From contig NC_068990.1 of the NCBI RefSeq assembly GCF_001194135.2, positions 45,271,915 to 45,335,914 of the forward strand: DNA of 64,000 nucleotides. The letters are read 5' to 3'. The notes beneath the pieces are model-generated. The model was given only the letters and a program-made list of their open reading frames with translations, had not been told where the DNA came from and made no database searches. The stretch is from Octopus bimaculoides. Its lineage: Eukaryota. A program made the position numbers and the translations under genes. This document shows positions 42,028 to 54,000 of this stretch, one piece after another; position 1 is the stretch's first letter, and every line of letters begins with the position of its first letter.

Positions 42028-45000
42028 AATGAAAGAGATACAAGTTTATTAATTAAACACTGAACATGATGAAACCTCATATATGAAAAGTGTAATATCT
42101 GAAGAACCAGGCTTACAGTATGAGTAATGAAAGACTATTCAAAAATTGGTTATAAGACAACACCGATGAAGTTGCTGAATGAATGAAAGAAAAAGTTTTA
42201 TGAGATATGGAGTGAAAGTAAACAGACATTTGTGATAAAGCTAAATGAATCTTTACATCATAATCTATAAAAATGTATGTTTGTTTATAAATCATGTTCT
42301 CACGATTTTGAGCTGGTTATAACTGAGGTGTTTGAAGCTGTTGCACTGCTATGTGCAGTCAGTATATGACACTGCACAGGTTGAGCAACAGGCTCACTAG
42401 CTACAAGGATTCAGATCTTGTGATATTATGCATGTTGCAATAACTCGTTTCTCTTTTGTTGAGTGTGTGACATTTATGCCTTTCTAAAGATATAAGTCAA
42501 TATGATATTTTTATGGCTTAATCAGAAAATGAAGAGCAGAGCCTGTAACTTGTACCTTTTGCAGGACCTCCAAGACTAGTGGAGAAAATGGAGGAAGCAG
42601 TACATTAAGATATTCATGTTATCTTCAAACTAGAGAGCCAGTACCTCAATTAAAGGTAGACACAGTCGGGTGGCAATATTACTGGTTGGCAAATTAAATT
42701 TACCACATAAGAACAGATACAACCAATCTAATGAGCTTCTGCAGTTTCCATGTACCCAATTTTACAAGACTTAAGTTGGTATGTTACTATGGCAAAAGAC
42801 AGCTGACCAAGTTATATGCTTTGCAGCAGTATTGAACCCAAAGTTATTTGATGATATATATGTAGTCATATGTCATCTATGCCTGCAGCCACAATGTAAT
42901 AAATTTTCAGAATAAATTCATGAAAAAATACTTTTAATTTCATAACAGGAAGTTAGAATTTGGAAGAAATTAAATATTTCAAGAGGTAGCTTCAAAAATG
43001 ATCTTTTTTTCACAAGTGGTAAATCTTGTTCCAATGGCAGTCTAATTGTAATTACCCTTGTAATACAAAAAAGCAAAAATCAGTCCTCATACGTACTATT
43101 TGCTACTGAAACAAGATCATAGACAAAGTGCTGCTTGAACTGAAACAATACTAAGAATTTATAGGATATTTTTATAAACTATTTTAGTAAGTGATAAAGA
43201 TACATTAGAATTTGGATTGAAACTGCCTTGCTTAATACTTTGATTGTAAAAATCACATATATCTACTCATAATTTCATTACCTTTAATTGTGGAAGGCAG
43301 TCTTATATACCAGTCTATCTTTTGCTGAGAACTGTCATATTTGAAGCTAATTTCTGTTGAGTTATGTCAAGTTTACTGAAGCAACATGACTTGCAGAAAA
43401 TACCAATTATACTTTTTGGTAGATATTTTAAACCATTACTGGAATAACTATGAAATTTAATTTCACAGCAAAAAGGTTAAAACCATTTAATAGATAAAAC
43501 TCACAGAATGACAAGTCATCAAATCAATTTGAAAAATGTATTTTGTGTGAATGCAAAGTTTAATGTAGATATTAGGCAAATAATAATAATAATAATAATA
43601 ATATAGCAGCAAATAATAATAATAATAATGGTTCAGCAATACAGTATCATTTAGTTTCAAATTCTTTTAACCACATTTTTTAAACTCAAATTCCTGCTAA
43701 TCTTCATCCATAAAATAATATAAAAAGATTTATTTACTGATTACTAATACTTGTAACATTTAATCGTAAAATATTTTTTTGAAAATCACAACTAGGAAAT
43801 ATTCACTTAATAGTACCTGTATACATGTATATGGATCTATATAAATAGATTAGTTAGTTTTTAAGATACCTAGAGCAATATAAAACCAATATCAAGCTCA
43901 ATACTTAAAAACAGTAAAGAAATATATAATTTGAAATAGTAAAATGTCTGTTCAATAAAGAACATTAGTCAAACCACGCTGCATATAGGGCTAAATTAAA
44001 GCTAAAATATAAATATGCTGAATTGAAGCAAAAGGCATGATAGCATTAATAAAATAAATGAAAAACAAATAGGAAAAGTTAAAAATTTTTTTATGAGGTT
44101 GACTTCAATATATTCGGAATTCAGTGGCAAGAAAATTTTAAATAAAATTTGAATGTTTTAACCCCCAAAACGTCTCAAATATTAATTTGGTCCTTTGTCC
44201 AGGCACCAGACAAACAGAAGTGCACAGTTGATTGAATAATCAATATTTAAATATTTAAAATCATTTAAGACAGGGAAAAAATAAACACATCTAAATAAAA
44301 ATATGAAATATAGCAAAGCTTTAGTTGAAATAATTTAATTATACTACATTGCCATAAATCACAAATCTATCTATCTATATTGGATAGGGCCTGTACAATA
44401 TAATCATATATAAAATTTCAAAAAAAAAAAAAGTTTATTTCAACATGTGAAATAAAATTTTATCAGATATTAAATTCCAGCAATGATTTCAAGAAAATAT
44501 TCTTTTTTTTTTTTACTATACTAGAATTAACATTTTGACCTAAATCTAAAATGCAAATGAAAAATAAACCAAAATGCAGGAAATTGAATAAGATCAATGA
44601 AATCAAAAGAGAATCAATGGTGAGGATATTCCCAGTACAAGAGAGCAAGTCATGAACTAACTACTTTGAAACTGTATTGATTAATCTGTGCCACCATTGC
44701 AGCAGATTACTGGCTCTCAACAGCAACTATTTCAAAACAACAACTCAGCCTTTTGATATAAATTATGAAAAAAAAAAAGTCAATAACATTTGTTGCAATG
44801 ATTCAAAGTTATGATCTCTAATATACTCAAAAGCTTTCATAGCTGAAACTTAAATGATTTTTTTTTTAATCGATACTCCTATTAAATGAGAGCTTAAAGA
44901 AATATATATTAATATTTAAGAAATGGAAAAGCTACAAAGATGACTAGTGTTTTTAGTTGTATACACTTCAGATCTTAATGCAACATAAATAAATTTTCTT

Positions 45001-48000
45001 TAAATAGAAGGTATAATATTTCTCTAGCAAAAGCATATAGTTACTTCTAATATTAAAAAACAAAAAAAACAACACACCTCTACATAAAAACTGCATGCAG
45101 TTTTGTATGTACTAGCTGTATTAATTATTTATCATTCACGTCACCCAAAAATAATTTGAAAGAATAAAATATTTATTAAAAGGAACAAAAATTTCCATAA
45201 ATATCTTGAATGTGCAGCTGGAGAATAATTCAGTAGAAACAATTCAAATAGTTACAAGTACATCACATCACCCTTTAAACTTAGATGTCAGAAAAAATTT
45301 GCTTCAAACTATACATATATATAAACTAAAAGCTAAATGACTACTAAAGAAGTAAAAATATCAAAATGAAGGAGACAAATCGATAAAGTTTAAAATACAT
45401 TCGCTTGATATGGAAATAGATATTTAAGCATATGAAGTAACAAATGCTGAGTTACTTTTGAAGCCTAAACTTCTATTCTTAATCATTATGATGCCATGTA
45501 AAATGTTTCTAATGGAGTTCAATAAATGTTAATAGTTCAAATACAGAACTTCAACTGATAAAACTGGCATATATAGAGAGATGGACGAAAGACCTAACTT
45601 TATAATCAGCTTAACGAAGCAATAAAAATAACTGTATAAACAAAAACTCAACGATGTACCATATATGTTGATCTGTGGGTTAAATTATGCAAAAGAAAAA
45701 GAGGTAACATACCGTTTTGCAGTTTGAATGTCTTCTAGCATCTCAGTACCAACTCCACATACAAGCTGTATTCCATTGCTCACTACTATTTGTTTGCGTT
45801 TTAATTTTTTTTTTATGTTAACGTTCGTTATTTTAATGCAATATTTAGTTCATTATGTGGCATTTTGTGAGAAGTCCCACGCATAACAATAGTAGTATCA
45901 CAGTTCAATTAGAGCTGAACACCGATGGTTATATAAATATATATTTATATATAGAGATACGCAGTTCATAAAACTTACTTTTGGATTTTTGGGGAGGGGC
46001 ATGTGTGTATGTGTAGGTTTTTTGTACTTTCCTTTTTAATTATTTTGTTTCATTTGAGACAGCACCAAAACTTAACTGCCTTTTCACCAACTTAAACTTT
46101 TGTCAAATAAAGACAGATGACTGCATTTATAAGAAAATGTACAATGAAATGCTTACGTCCATGCAGATGTAAGTTGATGGTAGGCAACATTATTGAGGAT
46201 GTAGGTGTGAAGTAGTCTACTATCAGCATGTAAATAGGCTGGAGGGAAGGGAAACAGCCAATGAAAACCATTTTATGATAATATGGCATGATAGTTTATA
46301 ACATTGATTACAAACACTGAAAATTACATTAATACTCACTGATTTTGCTGTCAATAACACAACCCAACCCAACTGAATCAATAGAACTGCTGTCCAGAAG
46401 ACTTTAATAACAATGGGATGCCAGAGGATATTGCATATGTAAGAACACTTTTTTAGAAGCCATAAGACAATCCTTTGAGAACAACTTCAGAATTGGTATT
46501 ACAAGATAGTGTGCAAGTCCTTGCACAGATATAAACATTTCTTATGTTTGTTTTTTTCCTCTATTTTTCTCTCTTTTTCTTTTAAATCTGGCCAAATTGA
46601 GCTCAAATGAGGCAAGTCAAGCCTTCCTAAATGCAGTGGTAAGAGGCTCCAGGAGTTAAGCCCTGTAATATGCTAGGAAGAGAATCATTAAAGATATACG
46701 GCCCACTCTGACATACTTACCAGTCGGAAAGAGTTGGTATTAACATTTTTCGCCACCCAGTTTATATTCCAATCTATCTTGGTACAAGCTCATTCCTTTC
46801 TTGGTTTTTATTTTCTCAGGAAAACAAAGAACCCTCGAAGGAATGCATATGCCAAATAGATATACATACGTACACATAATTATAAGTATTACGTGTACGT
46901 ATATGCTAACATAGGGTGAATATTTTGAGATATGTCTGCATGTATGTGTGAATTTGTATAATTGAGTGTATACGCGCCTCAAAAATTAGACAATACTCAA
47001 AGTACTTGGGAATGAGAGGTCATGTTATACCTCTTCCATATAAAACTTGAGCTTGAAACAAGTGCTCTAACCTAGAAATTTCGGAATTCCTTGGGCCACT
47101 GCTACTACTGGCTCCTGTAGAAGCTGTTCCTGCAACACCTGGTCCACTGGGCCCACCAGTACTGCTTACTCCACGGTAACGATCCAAATGCCTTTCTGAA
47201 CTTCGAGAGTGATGGTGTGACTTTCTAGCTTTTCTTACAATACTGCCAAGGTCAACATTGTCATCTGACGGAAATAATTTACATAGAGCTTCTCCAACAG
47301 TTGGTTCAATCTCCTGTAAAATTAAAGTTATAAAATCAATCATATTGGGATACACAAGTCTTTGTAGCAAAAAAACATCAAAATCATGTAAAAATCAGAA
47401 TTAATAGCTAAACAGTATCAGAAAGACATTTGCATAAATGAGCATACTATATTAAGATTATACTTCCTTGACACAGAACTCTACCTTAATCATAACCATG
47501 ATTAAGAAGAGAAGAAAATGAACAAAGATTTGAGGCAGCTGCTATCAAACTGTTGAAAATGGTAAATACTTATGATGAAATATGAAGACTTTGCTTACAA
47601 TCAATAACGGTTGATTATATGTCAGGCTATTGGAAATATAGTTCCTATTTAAAGCAGGATAATTAAATTTTGAAAACTTAAAAAATAGTAATAGCAAAAA
47701 AAAATTTCATACTTGTCCATCTCTGCCAATTTTAACATATTTATTTTCATTCCAAGGGTTATGCAGATGTGTAGTTTTAGTAAATTGAAGGTCACGCCTA
47801 AAAAATGAAAATGAAAGAAAACAATTGCTTATATAAAAATACTAAATTTTTTTAAAAAGTGCTTTTATTTAACTGTTATAGGAACAGAAATTTAAAATGA
47901 TTGATTTTTAGTACAAGTTGTATGTGTATGGAAGTGCAATGAAAGAAACAAACTGTAACAATTATGTAATATATAACATTTATTCTACAGACAGATCATC

Positions 48001-51000
48001 ACCATCATCATTTAATGTCCATTTTCTATGCTGCCATAGATTGAACAGTTTGACAGGATCTGGTGGGCATAAAGATTGCATTGTGCTCCAGTGTCTGCTA
48101 TGGCATGGTTTCTATAGCTGGATGCCCTTCTTAATGCCAAACACTTCACAGAATGTACTGTCTTTTCCCCCTCCCTTATTCATTGTCTTGCAAACTGCAT
48201 AACTTCGCTAGGAGATGAGAGGCAAAAAGGCTAGAGCAGAACAGGTTTCTTGCTCATCTACTCACATTTTAGAAGTGGAAGTGGCAATAGTTGAGTGAAA
48301 CCAAAGAGTAGAGGGAGGAGTAGGATAAGAGAGGAATGATGCTGAGTAAGTTGCAGGAGTGGGTAAGGAAGATAAGTATAATACATAGCCATGGTTAAAA
48401 AGTAGAAACCCAAAAGTTCTTATGTTTATCAATATCTTGTAACTCTTTCCTGAATGATAAAAATACTGATAGAAATGGATGGCTGTTCAATAAATTTTCG
48501 TACAATTTCTTCTCCACTCCTGAAAATATATAGTCAATATGCTGGGGATACAGAAAACTTAGTTTTTAACTCACCGGTTAATCCAATCCAATTTAAAAAC
48601 TCCACTGAGTGCTCGAGCACTTAACCCAGGTGGTAAAACCCAACGTATTGGAGGATGATCCCTTGTTGATTCAGCTGATAATCGTGCAAAACCTTGGCAG
48701 TGATAAAATGTTGAAAAGCAAACATTAAAATCTTTAAAAATGAAAGTGATAACCGATCAACAGACATTATAATTATTTTCACTATGATAAATTTTCAATA
48801 TAATTTAGGATTTTTCTTTTTTTTTTTTAACCTTTTAACACAAAATTTATTAAAAGCAAAAAACTGAGACATAAAACATAGCTATTATACTTTTGCTTTT
48901 GCTTCCCACTAATGAAATAATAGCTTGAATTTTATTACTTAAAAGGAAAATGGTAAATTATTCCCCCAACAGCAATTTAATTGCAAAATACCACAAATTT
49001 AATAAAAAATATATCAGTGTCAATTACAAATTAATAAATTAAATACCTTGAAATTTCCCACTTTCTTTCACAGAAAACACCAGAATTACATTATCAGCTT
49101 CCTATAAATATAAATAAACTGAAAATGTTAGTATATGAGACTGAATATTGTTCAAATAATATCTTAATTCAGTAAACAGATGATTTATCTAACACTTCTC
49201 TACAATATTATTCTTATAATCACACAATTATTTATTACTTTTATAAAATAACATTGTTTCAGTTATCTACAAATTTGTTTCGATCATATAAAATTGTAGG
49301 TGCTGTATATTATTTTTCTTTTACTTCCATTAGTAGCACAAGGTATATTGTTCTGAGTATTTATTTGCATATAGGAATATAGTATTGTAGACACCTTCAT
49401 CAGATTTTCAACAGGTGTAAGAAGAGACCACATAGTCACACAACCTGCAAAAGTAAGTTGTCACCAACCTGCCCGCAAATCAAACCATACCATTTTAAAC
49501 ATGGAAGGATGCAGTGGATAATGTAATCCTATATGCATATTCCTAAAAAGATGAGATGGCTATGGCTGGGTTTGTTCAATCAACTTTAATACAGCAACTT
49601 CTTGTGGACAAAGATTTGTAATCAAAATTAAGATTTAAATGAAACACGAAAGAATTTTTTTTTTTCCAATCATCAACTAAATTAAACAACAGGCATAATA
49701 CTATGCAATATAAAGTGTTGTAGAGGTGATTTGAAACCTCAACTACTAGATAATTGGTCAGACACCACAAGCAAACCACCACAGTTTCACATGATCAGTC
49801 AATTAATTGACCAATCAAGCACAAAGCTGTAGCATGACATGGTTTTCTCAAACATTCTACAATTTAGCTTCCAGTCCCCAATAAAAACCGTTTGGTGCAC
49901 AGTTGACTTTGTACATTTTGGGGCCAACTGTATGTTGTCACATAGCTTTCTATAATTTCAGAGATGTTTGTCTCTCTCCCAGTCAGAAAACATTTATATT
50001 TTCATTGTAATTAGCCAACACCAATGTCTTTATGTCCAGCAATAAAAATTTCAGTTAAATGTTTGCAGATTTGCTTCAGTTATTATTCATGCAACCAACA
50101 AAATATATGTCCACTGACCAATTCAACTCAAGCAATTAGCCACCCTCAATTTGATATCATGAAATTGGTGACAGTTGACGTTCATCTTCACCTAACAACA
50201 TTTGGTAACATTCAACTCAGGGAAAAGCCAGCAAAAGCTGCAACAATAAACCCAACTTGTCAATCTTATGAAAATCAACTTATCACCACTACTACAACAA
50301 TGAGAGAAGATCAAAGGGGGTAGACACCACTACTCATTACTTTTACCACCACACTCCTCCACCTGTTGAAACTATGGCATTATAAGGCTATTAGCTTGAC
50401 TATTAATGGCTTAGGTGTATCTTTCATCTGATCAAATTAACAGTCAAAACCAACTTTCAACATTAAGGAAAGTTTCCTCTTCTCTTGAATGAATGATTTA
50501 GGAGCAAATTTTATCTAGGACCTTCCTGAGTTTGCTGTAACAGCCAGTATTTAATCTTTTCATATCCTTTCATTTGTGTGGTTCCAGTTGATTTGCGTGT
50601 AAAAATGGCAATATCACCAGTCCTGTTGATTTCTTCTGAAAATAGTGATAGCGTAGCTATTCAGGCTGCTTTGTCCTTTGCTTCACCTGGAGGTCCTTCA
50701 ATTTGGTTTTCTCAGCTCAAAACCAATTTCACAGCAAATAAAATTTCCTCAGATACACACCAATTTCACCTTTTAGTCAGTGTTTTGCCTCTTGCTTTAA
50801 GTAGTGAAGTCAAAGATTCAATTACTAAAAATTTTTGACTCCATATTTTATCAAAGTATGAAAGCAGAAATATTACATTCCCAACTGTTGAGAAGAAGAA
50901 TGAGAGAATTAGTAGAGGATAACCCACTTGAAGAGTTGATGTTGAGACAACTATTTTTCTCGCACCTATCTTCAAAATGTGCAATCCATTTTAATGCCTC

Positions 51001-54000
51001 TAAGACAGCTGAGCTCTACTACCCCATTGGCAACTTGGCAGACAGTATTATGGCTGTTTCTTCCTCAAATATTTCTAATGCAGATACTTATCCTCCTACC
51101 TTCATCTCTTCTATTTCCTCTAAACTGGTGATTTTTTTTTGTAAGACACCCAAAGACAAAATTCTGACTTTTACAGATAGACTTGCACAATTAGAATATC
51201 CTACACTAGCAGTATAACCCGGCGCTGCTCGGGATTAAGCTAGGATTATTAAATGATTAAGTCCTTTATTTCAAACCAAAATAAGTAACAACGACATCAG
51301 ATTTGAGCGAAATCCGTTGAAATTGGTTTGGCTGAAAATGGTTTGCTGGCAATTTGATTGGGAAATCCCATAAGGAATCAGTTTATTGGTTATTTTCACT
51401 TATTGAATCTTTTTTTAAATGTTGCATTAGAGATCTGCATAGGAGAAGGTTGATCTGAAGGTTTGCATTGGGGATCTGGATTGGAGTAACTTAGGAAAGC
51501 TTACCAACAACCTTAACCAAAAAATAANNNNNNNNNNNNNNNNNNNNNNNNNNNNNNNNNNNNNNNNNNNNNNNNNNNNNNNNNNNNNNNNNNNNNNNNN
51601 NNNNNNNNNNNNNNNNNNNNNNNNNNNNNNNNNNNNNNNNNNNNNNNNNNNNNNNNNNNNNNNNNNNNNNNNNNNNNNNNNNNNNNNNNNNNNNNNNNNN
51701 NNNNNNNNNNNNNNNNNNNNNNNNNNNNNNNNNNNNNNNNNNNNNNNNNNNNNNNNNNNNNNNNNNNNNNNNNNNNNNNNNNNNNNNNNNNNNNNNNNNN
51801 NNNNNNNNNNNNNNNNNNNNNNNNNNNNNNNNNNNNNNNNNNNNNNNNNNNNNNNNNNNNNNNNNNNNNNNNNNNNNNNNNNNNNNNNNNNNNNNNNNNN
51901 NNNNNNNNNNNNNNNNNNNNNNNNNNNNNNNNNNNNNNNNNNNNNNNNNNNNNNNNNNNNNNNNNNNNNNNNNNNNNNNNNNNNNNNNNNNNNNNNNNNN
52001 NNNNNNNNNNNNNNNNNNNNNNNNNNNNNNNNNNNNNNNNNNNNNNNNNNNNNNNNNNNNNNNNNNNNNNNNNNNNNNNNNNNNNNNNNNNNNNNNNNNN
52101 NNNNNNNNNNNNNNNNNNNNNNNNNNNNNNNNNNNNNNNNNNNNNNNNNNNNNNNNNNNNNNNNNNNNNNNNNNNNNNNNNNNNNNNNNNNNNNNNNNNN
52201 NNNNNNNNNNNNNNNNNNNNNNNNNNNNNNNNNNNNNNNNNNNNNNNNNNNTTTCTTTCTTTCTCTCTCTCTCTCCTTCACGCGCGTACGCACAGATTTG
52301 ACTTCGCCATGTCAACAAACTTCAAAATTGGTAAAAGTTTATCGATTTTTACAGCTATACGCGGGTGCCTCTGTGAAAAAAAGTTGACAAAAACACAGAT
52401 AGGGTCATGAACAATGTCCTCCTAAAATTGGAGCGACATGCGTGCTAATTTGTGGACGTGCATAACTCACATCACGTACACACACACACACAAACATCTT
52501 ATGTTTTATAGATATTGATTTTCTATATCCTCAAATTCTTGTGACCAGATGACTTCTAGAAATCAGCCATTCAGTCCTCATAGGAGAATGTTTTGTTGGT
52601 ATCATAACCATTTTGGTGTTGAAGTACACAAATGCATGCAACTGTCTTTCATTGGTTCCTGGTAGATACAGGAGCAGTTTGCAGCATTTGGCCAGTAATA
52701 TTTTTATGTAATTCGCAGAAATTGTCAGCTGTAATCTTACAAGCTGTTAACCACCCTCCTATTTCCACTTACAGTGAGAAATCTATGATCTTGGATCTTA
52801 ATTTGCAATGAGAATTCAAGATCTTTATAATTATGGATGTTGCATATCCTATTCTCAGTGCTGACTTCTTGCATCATTTTGGTCTTCTTGTAGATTCAAA
52901 ACACAGGAGATTGAGAGATTCAGAATAGGATTTGTCTGTGCAGGGTACATATAGTAAAACTGCTACTGTCAGACTTCTTTTCTTTGTACCCTCCACATGT
53001 AATCATTATTATATGATTCTTAAGAAATTTCCAGACATCACTCCCACTGTTTTTAATAGGAATCCAGTACACTAAATTACACATATCACTAAGGGACCTC
53101 TTGTTTCATCACGACCCAAGTGACTCACTGCTGGCAAGCTAAAAATAGTTAAGGATGAATTTAGCCACATGTTGAACTTAGGAATAATCCAGCCTTCCTG
53201 TAGTAATTGATCTTCTTAACTTCATACAGTTCGACTATAAACGATTGAATGTTTTAACTGTTCCTGATAAGTACTCAATTCTACATATTCGTGATTTTTC
53301 AGCTTTTTACGTGGTTGTACTATTTTTGCAAAAATTAGTTTAAGTTTCCCTACTAGCCCATTCAATACCACACACTCCTCTATCATTGATAGTAGATGCA
53401 TCTGATGTTGGAATCAGAGGAGTACAGCAACAATTTGTCCAAAATCCCTGGCAACCTCTTTCTATTTTACCAAAACATTTTAAGCCAGCTGAAACAAAGC
53501 ACTCTTCCACCAGTTCAAAATAAAATGTATCACTTGACCTGTATAGATTGTTTTTCCATATACAGATTAAAGACATTTTATCCTTTACAGCTGCAAAGGC
53601 CCTAGTAGCCAAATGGATTTCACGTTTTGGTGCACCTATGACAATAACAACTGGCGGTGGGTGTCAATTTGAATCCAGTCTTTTTGCTAAGCTATCTAAT
53701 CTGTTAGGTATACAAAGAATTTGTACTACAGTTTATCATCCCATGTTAATGGAATGATACATTTTCATTGCCAGCTTAATGTAGCTTTATGAGCACATTC
53801 CAATCTGGATAGATGATTAGAAGACCTGGCAATTGTGTTACTAGCTTTACATACCACTATTAAAGAAGACCTAGGTTACTCCTTTGCAGAATTACTATAT
53901 GGTTTGGCACTTACACTGCCTGGTCAGATGGTAGTGGCTACAGCTAATCAACATGATCCTACCAGCTATATTCATTGTCTATGAAATTATATGGCACAAT

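Noticed and set aside
51427-52318. 288-aa and 275-aa ORFs
   Set aside because: Almost entirely X residues from the assembly gap.
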